Below, in pieces: positions 37,001 to 51,087 of a stretch of DNA of 64,000 nucleotides. The stretch comes from Auanema rhodensis (Eukaryota; Animalia; Nematoda). The DNA is taken from assembly GCA_964057225.1 (NCBI GenBank), contig OZ059895.1:5270001-5334000 (forward strand), given 5' to 3'. The stretch's first letter is position 1; each line of letters starts with the position of its first letter. The position numbers and the translations under genes were made by a program. The notes below the pieces were generated by a model. The model saw nothing but the letters and a program-made list of their open reading frames with translations. It searched no databases and was not told the origin of the DNA.

Positions 37001-40000
37001 TTCCACCCTGAAGATTGTTCACAAAAAAGTTCACGCTGTGAACAAGATGTGACTGCTGAATCCCCCTTTTTCTCCTCGATCATGAGTGATATCCAGGTGA
37101 AAGTATACAGAACTTGGGTATTAAGATGTGTAGAATCTGAATATTTTATTGAAATTTTGCCAGGATCTATCTGTTTTCCGGAAAAACGGTTTATATCGAT
37201 TCCACCCTGAAGATTGTTCACAAAAAAGTTCACGCTGTGAACAAGATGTGACTGCTGAATCCCCCTTTTTCTCCTCGATCATGAGTGATATCCAGGTGAA
37301 AGTTCACAGAACTTGGGTATTAAGATGTGTAGAATCTGAATATTTTATTGAAATTTTGCCAGGATCTATCTGTTTTCCGGAAAAACGGTTTATATCGATT
37401 CCACCCTGAAGATTGTTCACAAAAAAGTTCAGGCTGTGAACAAGATGTGACTGCTGAATCCCCCTTTTTCTGCTCGATCATGAGTGATATCCAGGTGAAA
37501 GTATACAGAACTTCGGTATTAAAATGTGTAGAATCTGAATATTTTATTGAAATTTTGCCAGGATCTATCTGTTTTCCGGAAAAACGGTTTATATCGATTC
37601 CACCCTGAAGATTGTTCACAAAAAAGTTCACGCTGTGAACAAGATGTGACTGCTGAATCCCCCTTTTTCTCATCGATCATGAGTGATATCCAGGTGAAAG
37701 TATACAGAACTTGGGTATTAAGATGTGTAGAATCTGAATATTTTATTGAAATTTTGCCAGGATCTATCTGTTTTCCGGAAAAACGGTTTATATCGATTCC
37801 ACCCTGAAGATTGTTCACAAAAAAGTTCAGGCTGTGAACAAGATGTGACTGCTGAATCCCCCTTTTTCTGCTCGATCATGAGTGATATCCAGGTGAAAGT
37901 ATACAGAACTTGGGTATTAAAATGTGTAGAATCTGAATATTTTATTGAAATTTTGCCAGGATCTATCTGTTTTCCGGAAAAACGGTTTATATCGATTCCA
38001 CCCTGAAGATTGTTCACAAAAAAGTTCAGGCTGTGAACAAGATGTGACTGCTGAATCCCCCTTTTTCTGCTCGATCATGAGTGATATCCAGGTGAAAGTA
38101 TACAGAACTTCGGTATTAAAATGTGTAGAATCTGAATATTTTATTGAAATTTTGCCAGGATCTATCTGTTTTCCGGAAAAACGGTTTATATCGATTCCAC
38201 CCTGAAGATTGTTCACAAAAAAGTTCAGGCTGTGAACAAGATGTGACTGCTGAATCCCCCTTTTTCTGCTCGATCATGAGTGATATCCAGGTGAAAGTAT
38301 ACAGAACTTGGGTATTAAAATGTGTAGAATCTGAATATTTTATGGAAATTTTGCCAGGATCTATCTGTTTTCCGGAAAAACGGTTTATATCGAATCCACC
38401 CTGAAGATTGTTCACAAAAAAGTTCAGGCTGTGAACAAGATGTGACTGCTGAATCCCCCTTTTTCTGCTCGATCATGAGTGATATCCAGGTGAAAGTATA
38501 CAGAACTTGGGTATTAAGATGTGTAGAATCTGAATATTTTATGGAAATTTTGCCAGGATCTATCTGTTTTCCGGAAAAACGGTTTATATCGATTCCACCC
38601 TGAAGATTGTTCACAAAAAAGTTCAGGCTGTGAACAAGATGTGACTGCTGAATCCCCTTTTTCTGCTCGATCATGAGTGATATCCAGGTGAAAGTATACA
38701 GAACTTGGGTATTAAGATGTGTAGAATCTGAATATTTTATTGAAATTTTGACAGGATCTATCTGTTTTCCGGAAAAACGGTTTATATCGATTCCACCCTG
38801 AAGATTGTTCACAAAAAAGTTCAGGCTGTGAACAAGATGTGACTGCTGAATCCCCCTTTTTCTCCTCGATCATGAGTGTTATCCAGGTGAAAGTATACAG
38901 AACTTTTGTATTAAAATGTGTAGAATCTGAATATTTTATTGAAATTTTGCCAGGATCTATCTGTTTTCCGGAAAAACGGTTTATATCGATTCCACCCTGA
39001 AGATTGTTCACAAAAAAGTTCAGGCTGTGAACAAGATGTGACTGCTGAATCCCCCTTTTTCTCCTCGATCATGAGTGTTATCCAGGTGAAAGTATACAGA
39101 ACTTGGGTATTAAAATGTGTAGAATCTGAATATTTTATTGAAATTTTGCCAGGATCTATCTGTTTTCCGGAAAAACGGTTTATATCGATTCCACCCTGAA
39201 GATTGTTCACAAAAAAGTTCACGCTGTGAACAAGATGTGACTGCTGAATCCCCCTTTTTCTGCTCGATCATGAGTGTTATCGAAGTGAATGTATACAGAA
39301 CTTTTGTATTAAAATGTGTAGAATCTGAATATTTTATTGAAATTTTGCCAGGATCTATCTGTTTTCCGGAAAAACGGTTTATATCGATTCCACCCTGAAG
39401 ATTGTTCACAAAAAAGTTCAGGCTGTGAACAAGATGTGACTGCTGAATCCCCCTTTTTCTGCTCGATCATGAGTGATATCCAGGTGAAAGTATACAAAAC
39501 TTGGGTATTAAAATGTGTAGAATCTGAATATTTTATGGAAATTTTGCCAGGATCTATCTGTTTTCCGGAAAAACGGTTTATATCGATTCCACCCTGAAGA
39601 TTGTTCACAAAAAAGTTCAGGCTGTGAACAAGATGTGACTGCTGAATCCCCCTTTTTCTGCTCGATCATGAGTGATATCCAGGTGAAAGTATACAGAACT
39701 TGGGTATTAAGATGTGTAGAATCTGAATATTTCATGGAAATTTTGACAGGATCTATCTGTTTTCCGGAAAAACGGTTTATATCGATTCCACCCTGAAGAT
39801 TGTTCACAAAAAAGTTCAGGCTGTGAACAAGATGTGACTGGTGAATCCCCCTTTTTCTGCTCGATCATGAGTGATATCCAGGTGAAAGTATACAGAACTT
39901 GGGTATTAAGATGTGTAGAATCTGAATATTTTATTGAAATTTTGCCAGGATCTATCTGTTTTCCGGAAAAACGGTTTATATCGATTCCACCCTGAAGATT

Positions 40001-43000
40001 GTTCACAAAAAAGTTCAGGCTGTGAACAAGATGTGACTGCTGAATCCCCCTTTTTCTGCTCGATCATGAGTGATATCCAGGTGAAAGTATACAGAACTTG
40101 GGTATTAAAATGTGTAGAATCTGAATATTTCATTGAAATTTTGCCAGGATCTATCTGTTTTCCGGAAAAACGGTTTATATCGAATCCACCCTGAAGATTG
40201 TTCACAAAAAAGTTCAGGCTGTGAACAAGATGTGACTGCTGAATCCCCCTTTTTCTCCTCGATCATGAGTGATATCCAGGTGAAAGTATACAGAACTTGG
40301 GTATTAAGATGTGTAGAATCTGAATATTTTATTGAAATTTTGCCAGGATCTATCTGTTTTCCGGAAAAACGGTTTATATCGATTCCACCCTGAAGATTGT
40401 TCACAAAAAAGTTCAGGCTGTGAACAAGATGTGACTGCTGAATCCCCCTTTTTCTGCTCGATCATGAGTGATATCCAGGTGAAAGTATACAGAACTTGGG
40501 TATTAAAATGTGTAGAATCTGAATATTTCATTGAAATTTTGCCAGGATCTATCTGTTTTCCGGAAAAACGGTTTATATCGAATCCACCCTGAAGATTGTT
40601 CACAAAAAAGTTCAGGCTGTGAACAAGATGTGACTGCTGAATCCCCCTTTTTCTCCTCGATCATGAGTGATATCCAGGTGAAAGTATACAGAACTTGGGT
40701 ATTAAGATGTGTAGAATCTGAATATTTCATTGAAATTTTGCCAGGATCTATCTGTTTTCCGGAAAAACGGTTTATATCGATTCCACCCTGAAGATTGTTC
40801 ACAAAAAAGTTCAGGCTGTGAACAAGATGTGACTGGTGAATCCCCCTTTTTCTGCTCGATCATGAATGATATCCAGGTGAAAGTATACAGAACTTGGGTA
40901 TTAAGATGTGTAGAATCTGAATATTTTATCGAAATTTTGCCAGGATCTATCTGTTCTCCGGAAAAACGGTTTATATCGAATCCACCCTGAAGATTGTTCA
41001 CAAAAAAGTTCAGGCTGTGAACAAGATGTGACTGCTGAATCCCCCTTTTTCTGCTCGATCATGAGTGATATCCAGGTGAAAGTATACAGAACTTTTGTAT
41101 TAAAATGTGTAGAATCTGAATATTTTATTGAAATTTTGCCAGGATCTATCTGTTTTCCGGAAAAACGGTTTATATCGATTCCACCCTGAAGATTGTTCAC
41201 AAAAAAGTTCAGGCTGTGAACAAGATGTGACTGCTGAATCCCCCTTTTTCTCCTCGATCATGAGTGATATCCAGGTGAAAGTATACAGAACTTTTGTATT
41301 AAAATGTGTAGAATCTGAATATTTTATTGAAATTTTGCCAGGATCTATCTGTTTTCCGGAAAAACGGTTTATATCGAATCCACCCTGAAGATTGTTCACA
41401 AAAAAGTTCACGCTGTGAACAAGATGTGACTGCTGAATCCCCCTTTTTCTGCTCGATCATGAGTGATATCCAGGTGAAAGTATACAGAACTTTTGTATTA
41501 AAATGTGTAGAATCTGAATATTTTATTGAAATTTTGCCAGGATCTATCTGTTTTCCGGAAAAACGGTTTATATCGAATCCACCCTGAAGATTGTTCACAA
41601 AAAAGTTCAGGCTGTGAACAAGATGTGACTGCTGAATCCCCCTTTTTCTGCTCGATCATGAGTGATATCCAGGTGAAAGTATACAGAACTTGGGTATTAA
41701 AATGTGTAGAATCTGAATATTTTATTGAAATTTTGCCAGGATCTATCTGTTTTCCGGAAAAACGGTTTATATCGATTCCACCCTGAAGATTGTTCACAAA
41801 AAAGTTCAGGCTGTGAACAAGATGTGACTGCTGAATCCCCCTTTTTCTGCTCGATCATGAGTGATATCCAAGTGAATGTATACAGAACTTTTGTATTAAA
41901 ATGTGTAGAATCTGAATATTTCATGGAAATTTTGCCAGGATCTATCTGTTTTCCGGAAAAACGGTTTATATCGATTCCACCCTGAAGATTGTTCACAAAA
42001 AAGTTCAGGCTGTGAACAAGATGTGACTGGTGAATCCCCCTTTTTCTGCTCGATCATGAGTGATATCCAGGTGAAAGTATACAGAACTTGGGTATTAAGA
42101 TGTGTAGAATCTGAATATTTTATTGAAATTTTGCCAGGATCTATCTGTTTTCCGGAAAAACGGTTTATATCGATTCCACCCTGAAGATTGTTCACAAAAA
42201 AGTTCAGGCTGTGAACAAGATGTGACTGCTGAATCCCCCTTTTTCTGCTCGATCATGAGTGATATCCAGGTGAAAGTATTCAGAACTTTTGTATTAAAAT
42301 GTGTAGAATCTGAATATTTTATTGAAATTTTGCCAGGATCTATCTGTTTTCCGGAAAAACGGTTTATATCGATTCCACCCTGAAGATTGTTCACAAAAAA
42401 GTTCAGGCTGTGAACAAGATGTGACTGCTGAATCCCCCTTTTTCTGCTCGATCATGAGTGATATCCAGGTGAAAGTATACAGAACTTGGGTATTAAAATG
42501 TGTAGAATCTGAATATTTCATTGAAATTTTGCCAGGATCTATCTGTTTTCCGGAAAAACGGTTTATATCGAATCCACCCTGAAGATTGTTCACAAAAAAG
42601 TTCAGGCTGTGAACAAGATGTGACTGCTGAATCCCCCTTTTTCTCCTCGATCATGAGTGATATCCAGGTGAAAGTATACAGAACTTGGGTATTAAGATGT
42701 GTAGAATCTGAATATTTCATTGAAATTTTGCCAGGATCTATCTGTTTTCCGGAAAAACGGTTTATATCGATTCCACCCTGAAGATTGTTCACAAAAAAGT
42801 TCAGGCTGTGAACAAGATGTGACTGGTGAATCCCCCTTTTTCTGCTCGATCATGAATGATATCCAGGTGAAAGTATACAGAACTTGGGTATTAAGATGTG
42901 TAGAATCTGAATATTTTATCGAAATTTTGCCAGGATCTATCTGTTCTCCGGAAAAACGGTTTATATCGAATCCACCCTGAAGATTGTTCATAAAAAAGTT

Positions 43001-46000
43001 CAGGCTGTGAACAAGATGTGACTGCTGAATCCCCCTTTTTCTCCTCGATCATGAGTGTTATCCAGGTGAAAGTATACAGAACTTGGGTATTAAAATGTGT
43101 AGAATCTGAATATTTTATTGAAATTTTGCCAGGATCTATCTGTTTTCCGGAAAAACGGTTTATATCGATTCCACCCTGAAGATTGTTCACAAAAAAGTTC
43201 AGGCTGTGAACAAGATGTGACTGCTGAATCCCCCTTTTTCTGCTCGATCATGAGTGATATCCAGGTGAAAGTATACAGAACTTGGGTATTAAAATGTGTA
43301 GAATCTGAATATTTTATTGAAATTTTGCCAGGATCTATCTGTTTTCCGGAAAAACGGTTTATACCGAATCCACCCTGAAGATTGTTCACAAAAAAGTTCA
43401 GGCTGTGAACAAGATGTGACTGCTGAATCCCCCTTTTTCTGCTCGATCATGAGTGATATCCAGGTGAAAGTATACAGAACTTTTGTATTAAAATGTGTAG
43501 AATCTGAATATTTTATTGAAATTTTGCCAGGATCTATCTGTTTTCCGGAAAAACGGTTTATATCGATTCCACCCTGAAGATTGTTCACAAAAAAGTTCAG
43601 GCTGTGAACAAGATGTGACTGCTGAATCCCCCTTTTTCTCCTCGATCATGAGTGATATCCAGGTGAAAGTATACAGAACTTTTGTATTAAAATGTGTAGA
43701 ATCTGAATATTTTATTGAAATTTTGCCAGGATCTATCTGTTTTCCGGAAAAACGGTTTATATCGAATCCACCCTGAAGATTGTTCACAAAAAAGTTCACG
43801 CTGTGAACAAGATGTGACTGCTGAATCCCCCTTTTTCTGCTCGATCATGAGTGATATCCAGGTGAAAGTATACAGAACTTTTGTATTAAAATGTGTAGAA
43901 TCTGAATATTTTATTGAAATTTTGCCAGGATCTATCTGTTTTCCGGAAAAACGGTTTATATCGAATCCACCCTGAAGATTGTTCACAAAAAAGTTCAGGC
44001 TGTGAACAAGATGTGACTGCTGAATCCCCCTTTTTCTGCTCGATCATGAGTGATATCCAGGTGAAAGTATACAGAACTTGGGTATTAAAATGTGTAGAAT
44101 CTGAATATTTTATTGAAATTTTGCCAGGATCTATCTGTTTTCCGGAAAAACGGTTTATATCGATTCCACCCTGAAGATTGTTCACAAAAAAGTTCAGGCT
44201 GTGAACAAGATGTGACTGCTGAATCCCCCTTTTTCTGCTCGATCATGAGTGATATCCAAGTGAATGTATACAGAACTTTTGTATTAAAATGTGTAGAATC
44301 TGAATATTTCATGGAAATTTTGCCAGGATCTATCTGTTTTCCGGAAAAACGGTTTATATCGATTCCACCCTGAAGATTGTTCACAAAAAAGTTCAGGCTG
44401 TGAACAAGATGTGACTGGTGAATCCCCCTTTTTCTGCTCGATCATGAGTGATATCCAGGTGAAAGTATACAGAACTTGGGTATTAAGATGTGTAGAATCT
44501 GAATATTTTATTGAAATTTTGCCAGGATCTATCTGTTTTCCGGAAAAACGGTTTATATCGATTCCACCCTGAAGATTGTTCACAAAAAAGTTCAGGCTGT
44601 GAACAAGATGTGACTGCTGAATCCCCCTTTTTCTGCTCGATCATGAGTGATATCCAAGTGAATGTATACAGAACTTTTGTATTAAAATGTGTAGAATCTG
44701 AATATTTTATTGAAATTTTGCCAGGATCTATCTGTTTTCCGGAAAAACGGTTTATATCGAATCCACCCTGAAGATTGTTCACAAAAAAGTTCAGGCTGTG
44801 AACAAGATGTGACTGGTGAATCCCCCTTTTTCTGCTCGATCATGAGTGATATCCAGGTGAAAGTATACAGAACTTGGGTATTAAAATGTGTAGAATCTGA
44901 ATATTTTATTGAAATTTTGCCAGGATCTATCTGTTTTCCGGAAAAACGGTTTATATCGAATCCACCCTGAAGATTGTTCATAAAAAAGTTCAGGCTGTGA
45001 ACAAGATGTGACTGCTGAATCCCCCTTTTTCTGCTCGATCATGAGTGATATCCAGGTGAAAGTATACAGAACTTGGGTATTAAAATGTGTAGAATCTGAA
45101 TATTTTATTGAAATTTTGCCAGGATCTATCTGTTTTCCGGAAAAACGGTTTATATCGATTCCACCCTGAAGATTGTTCACAAAAAAGTTCAGGCTGTGAA
45201 CAAGATGTGACTGCTGAATCCCCCTTTTTCTGCTCGATCATGAGTGTTATCGAAGTGAATGTATACAGAACTTTTGTATTAAAATGTGTAGAATCTGAAT
45301 ATTTTATTGAAATTTTGCCAGGATCTATCTGTTTTCCGGAAAAACGGTTTATATCGATTCCACCCTGAAGATTGTTCACAAAAAAGTTCAGGCTGTGAAC
45401 AAGATGTGACTGCTGAATCCCCCTTTTTCTCCTTGATCATGAGTGATATCCAGGTGAAAGTATACAGAACTTGGGTATTAAGATGTGTAGAATCTGAATA
45501 TTTCATTGAAATTTTGACAGGATCTATCTGTTTTCCGGAAAAACGGTTTATATCGATTCCACCCTGAAGATTGTTCACAAAAAAGTTCAGGCTGTGAACA
45601 AGATGTGACTGCTGAATCCCCCTTTTTCTCCTCGATCATGAGTGATATCCAGGTGAAAGTATACAGAACTTGGGTATTAAGATGTGTAGAATCTGAATAT
45701 TTTATTGAAATTTTGCCAGGATCTATCTGTTTTCCGGAAAAACGGTTTATATCGATTCCACCCTGAAGATTGTTCACAAAAAAGTTCAGGCTGTGAACAA
45801 GATGTGACTGCTGAATCCCCCTTTTTCTCCTCGATCATGAGTGTTATCCAAGTGAATGTATACAGAACTTTTGTATTAAAATATGTAGAATCTGAATATT
45901 TTATTGAAATTTTGCCAGGATCTATCTGTTTTCCGGAAAAACGGTTTATATCGAATCCACCCTGAAGATTGTTCACAAAAAAGTTCACGCTGTGAACAAG

Positions 46001-48010
46001 ATGTGACTGCTGAACCCCCTTTTTCTGCTCGATCATGAGTGATATCCAGGTGAAAGTATACAGAACTTTTGTATTAAAATGTGTAATATCTGAATATTTT
46101 ATTGAAATTTTGCCAGGATCTATCTGTTTTCCGGAAAAACGGTTTATATCGAATCCACCCTGAAGATTGTTCACAAAAAAGTTCAGGCTGTGAACAAGAT
46201 GTGACTGCTGAATCCCCCTTTTTCTGCTCGATCATGAGTGATATCCAGGTGAAAGTATTCAGAACTTTTGTATTAAAATGTGTAGAATCTGAATATTTTA
46301 TTGAAATTTTGCCAGGATCTATCTGTTTTCCGGAAAAACGGTTTATATCGATTCCACCCTGAAGATTGTTCACAAAAAAGTTCAGGCTGTGAACAAGATG
46401 TGACTGCTGAATCCCCCTTTTTCTGCTCGATCATGAGTGATATCCAGGTGAAAGTATACAGAACTTGGGTATTAAAATATGTAGAATCTGAATATTTTAT
46501 TGAAATTTTGCCAGGATCTATCTGTTTTCCGGAAAAACGGTTTATATCGATTCCACCCTGAAGATTGTTCACAAAAAAGTTCAGGCTGTGAACAAGATGT
46601 GACTGCTGAATCCCCCTTTTTCTGCTCGATCATGAGTGATATCCAGGTGAAAGTATACAGAACTTTTGTATTAAAATGTGTAGAATCTGAATATTTTATT
46701 GAAATTTTGCCAGGATCTATCTGTTTTCCGGAAAAACGGTTTATATCGAATCCACCCTGAAGATTGTTCACAAAAAAGTTCAGGCTGTGAACAAGATGTG
46801 ACTGCTGAATCCCCCTTTTTCTGCTCGATCATGAGTGATATCCAGGTGAAAAAATACAGAACTTGGGTATTAAAATGTGTAGAATCTGAATATTTTATTG
46901 AAATTTTGCCAGGATCTATCTGTTTTCCGGAAAAACGGTTTATATCGAATCCACCCTGAAGATTGTTCACAAAAAAGTTCAGGCTGTGAACAAGATGTGA
47001 CTGCTGAATCCCCCTTTTTCTGCTCGATCATGAGTGATATCCAGGTGAAAGTATACAGAACTTTTGTATTAAAATGTGTAGAATCTGAATATTTTATTGA
47101 AATTTTGCCAGGATCTATCTGTTTTCCGGAAAAACGGTTTATATCGAATCCACCCTGAAGATTGTTCACAAAAAAGTTCAGGCTGTGAACAAGATGTGAC
47201 TGCTGAATCCCCCTTTTTCTGCTCGATCATGAGTGATATCCAGGTGAAAAAATACAGAACTTGGGTATTAAAATGTGTAGAATCTGAATATTTTATTGAA
47301 ATTTTGCCAGGATCTATCTGTTTTCCGGAAAAACGGTTTATATCGATTCCACCCTGAAGATTGTTCACAAAAAAGTTCAGGCTGTGAACAAGATGTGACT
47401 GCTGAATCCCCCTTTTTCTGCTCGATCATGAGTGATATCCAGGTGAAAGTATACAGAACTTGGGTATTAAAATGTGTAGAATCTGAATATTTTATTGAAA
47501 TTTTGCCAGGATCTATCTGTTTTCCGGAAAAACGGTTTATATCGATTCCACCCTGAAGATTGTTCACAAAAAAGTTCAGGCTGTGAACAAGATGTGACTG
47601 CTGAATCCCCCTTTTTCTCCTCGATCATGAGTGATATCCAGGTGAAAGTATACAGAACTTTTGTATTAAAATGTGTAGAATCTGAATATTTTATTGAAAT
47701 TTTGCCAGGATCTATCTGTTTTCCGGAAAAACGGTTTATATCGATTCCACCCTGAAGATTGTTCACAAAAAAGTTCAGGCTGTGAACAAGATGTGACTGC
47801 TGAATCCCCCTTTTTCTCCTCGATCATGAGTGATATCCAGGTGAAAGTATACAGAACTTGGGTATTAAAATGTGTAGAATCTGAATATTTTATTGAAATT
47901 TTGCCAGGATCTATCTGTTTTCCGGAAAAACGGTTTATATCGATTCCACCCTGAAGATTGTTCACAAAAAAGTTCAGGCTGTGAACAAGATGTGACTGCT
48001 GAATCCCCCT
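22014..48010. repeat. 199-bp tandem satellite, right part (~131 monomers; a few 198/200-bp units)
   Basis: Same monomer and periodicity; ends at gaatccccct (48010). Confidence 0.99.
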
Positions 48011-48418
48011 TAATAATATACAAAAAGTTGACGCTGGCGCACCTTTTTTGCCCAAATGCGATTTTGCAGATTTTCAACAATTTAAAAACATTTTTTCATT
48101 GAAAATCATACTTAATTTCCCCACAATGTGTCATTTTTCAAAAATGACCAAAATTTGTCTGGCGCACCACTTACCCATTTGGCCCACTTTCATTTTTACT
48201 TGTATTTATTGTTTTTATTGCTATTAAATGATCTTTTCAGAAAACCTCGGAGCTCTAACAAATTATGATCTCATTTAATTAGTAGACACATTAAAGATCA
48301 AGAATTTCAGAGGAATCTTTATGAGACATATTTATACTCATTGCAATATTTCAAAAATATATTTTAATCAATACTTCGCGAAAACGTACAGACAAGATCA
48401 CCGGATGAATAGCTGAGA

Positions 48419-49193
48419 TCAAACGTGCATATCATCCAATTTGTTCTTTTGCGGTGGTTCCTAAAGTTAAATGATAACAATTGAACCAACTCCTTAACTG
48501 AATCAACTTACATCAGTATCAGAGATTCCGGCGATTACCACAATCATGTCACAGCTCACAATTTTCGTATCCGGCTTGTGGTGCGCAATCTCTGGAATAG
48601 TCATATTCGAGAGATTTGAGCAGGCGAAGTCTTTACTTCCAATAGAAATTCCGATAAGACAACCATCATCATTATATAGTCCAGATCCAGAGTCGCCTAG
48701 ATTTCCGTGTGACGTACCGTAAAAATTAGAACCTAAATCGAACAATTAACATCTTACAGTTAAGAAACTAGACTTACGGCGTTTCTCAGCAACGATTCCA
48801 CTATTCCAAGTGACATCTCGTTTCGAGTTCACCCCTAACTGCTTGTAATCTTCTCCACAGAACATATATCGAATACGTGGAACCTCGGGAAAAAATCCTG
48901 TTCTTATTTCGAAAATAGCAACATCGTAAAGCTGAGAAATGGCCTTCACAGTAGCCTAAAAGCAGCAAGTAGTTCAATTAATTGGAAAAAAAACGAACCT
49001 CCACTTTGATATCCGGGTTTAAGACGTTATACAAATGAATAACTTCAGCTTCCTTGAGCTTAGAGTGAGATCCATGAGCGAAGGAAACTGCGTGCTTCTC
49101 ATCAAATACGACAGCACAACAGTGTATGGTGGCATCCGGTGGTGACGTGGTAAAAATCATTCTTTCCAACCTCTTCACGGTTTCTTTAAGCAT
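48419..49193 (-). CDS. Trypsin-like (PA clan) serine protease, ~211 aa, 4 exons: 49193-48999, 48955-48778, 48732-48512, 48460-48419
   Basis: Three GT-AG introns (43, 45, 51 nt) join the ORF fragments in frame; catalytic triad motifs AVSFAH (His), YDVAIF (Asp), GDSGSG (Ser) followed by LIGI. Confidence 0.82.
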
Positions 49194-49212
49194 CGTATTC
49201 AGTAAAAATTGC

Positions 49213-49220
49213 CTGAAAAA
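49213..49220 (-). promoter_or_regulatory. TTTTTCAG acceptor 19 nt upstream of the protease ATG; likely trans-splice site behind a U-rich outron
   Basis: Nematode consensus TTTTCAG with no obvious upstream donor or exon in ~130 nt of pyrimidine-rich sequence. Confidence 0.55.
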
Positions 49221-49381
49221 CATTTATTACTAAAGTATAAGGATTATTATAACAATATTTAGTTGTAAACTTATAAGGAGAATGAATAGAGTTTTACACG
49301 ATAGAAGAAAAGAGAAAGTTGAAAGTTGTTAAAGAAACCAGAAACGGGAAAAGGGTGCAATTGCCCACCTCGTCCAGCTCT

Positions 49382-49395
49382 CCCCCCCCCCCCCC
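49382..49395. repeat. C14/G14 homopolymer tract
   Basis: 14 consecutive C on the plus strand. Confidence 0.9.
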
Positions 49396-49904
49396 GCCAC
49401 CTACAGTCCTAACATACCATATATCTCTCTTTCTTTCTCTTTCCATCTCATTTACAATTATCTTATTTCATTAACATTTTTTCTCTTTCATCTTCAAACT
49501 ATTAATATTTCATTCTAAAATTCTCCGTAAAAATCAAACCCCCAAACTTCCGTCAGATTGAAAAGGGGAGTTCAATACGCAATGTTGAAAATGAGAACAA
49601 AACCGATTTATCTGAAATTAGCATGAAGCTCAAGACGTCAATATCATGTTGTGCTTTACATTCAGATACAGCTTGACATCCAAACAACTTATTTTCAACA
49701 CTAAAACCCTATTACATTGGATAGTTAAATAATGTACCTGAATCAATATGAGCAATTCTGATAGTGCATGATGACAAAATGCGCTTCAGTACATTTAAAA
49801 AAATGTTTATTAACGTAACAACATTCAGAAAACAAAACAGCAAATTAAGGATATGTGGCCCTAAAGAGGGCCGTTGGGTTAGGTTGCAGTACAACTCTAA
49901 CAAT

Positions 49905-50276
49905 TTACTTGCTAGAGGTGTACTTGGTGACAGCCTTGGTTCCTTCAGAGACGGCGTGCTTGGCAAGTTCTCCAGGGAGGATAAGTCTGACGGCAGTCTG
50001 GACTTCGCGAGATGAGATGGTGGATCTCTTGTTGTAGTGGGCCAGACGGGAAGCCTCAGCAGCAATGCGCTCAAAAACGTCATTAACAAATGAGTTCATG
50101 ATGCTCATGGCCTTGGAGGAAATTCCAGTGTCAGGGTGGACCTGCTTAAGTACACGGTAGACGTAGACAGAGTAAGATTCCTTTCTGGACTTTCTCTTCT
50201 TCTTGTCTCCGGTACGGCTGACCTTCTGGGTCTTGGCGGCTTTCTTAGCTCCCTTGGCGGATGGCTTGGGTGGCAT
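49905..50276 (-). CDS. H2B: Histone H2B
   Basis: Identical protein to other copies. Confidence 0.99.
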   Translation of the reverse strand: MPPKPSAKGAKKAAKTQKVSRTGDKKKRKSRKESYSVYVYRVLKQVHPDTGISSKAMSIMNSFVNDVFERIAAEASRLAHYNKRSTISSREVQTAVRLILPGELAKHAVSEGTKAVTKYTSSK

Positions 50277-50727
50277 GGTTATTGCTACGCTGACGAATCA
50301 ACTGTTAATGTACAATTCGATTTGCTGACCTATATGTTAGTTAGCGCGCAAACCACGCCCCCATGCTCAGAACTCTGGTTAGAAGCTGTACTGTAAGAAG
50401 TTTAAATAATGTTCAGCTAGTAAAACATCTGAATATATTACACATATCCTATATAATATATAATAATATATAACCATATTCAAACTATTTAATATTACAA
50501 AACAATTTATATCAAAAGTCAACAAATTATTTTACCATGATAATTAGCATTGAGCGGTTGTATTCCATAGTTCTATTTAATTTTTTCCAAACAAAACAAA
50601 AAAAATTAATACAGAAAAGTTATTTATTATTATTTACATATTGATTATATCTTATAGCAATAATATTAATTTGTATGTGGCCCTAAAGAGGGCCGTTGGG
50701 TTAGGTAATAGTCACAAGATATGCAAC

Positions 50728-51087
<360 letters not shown>

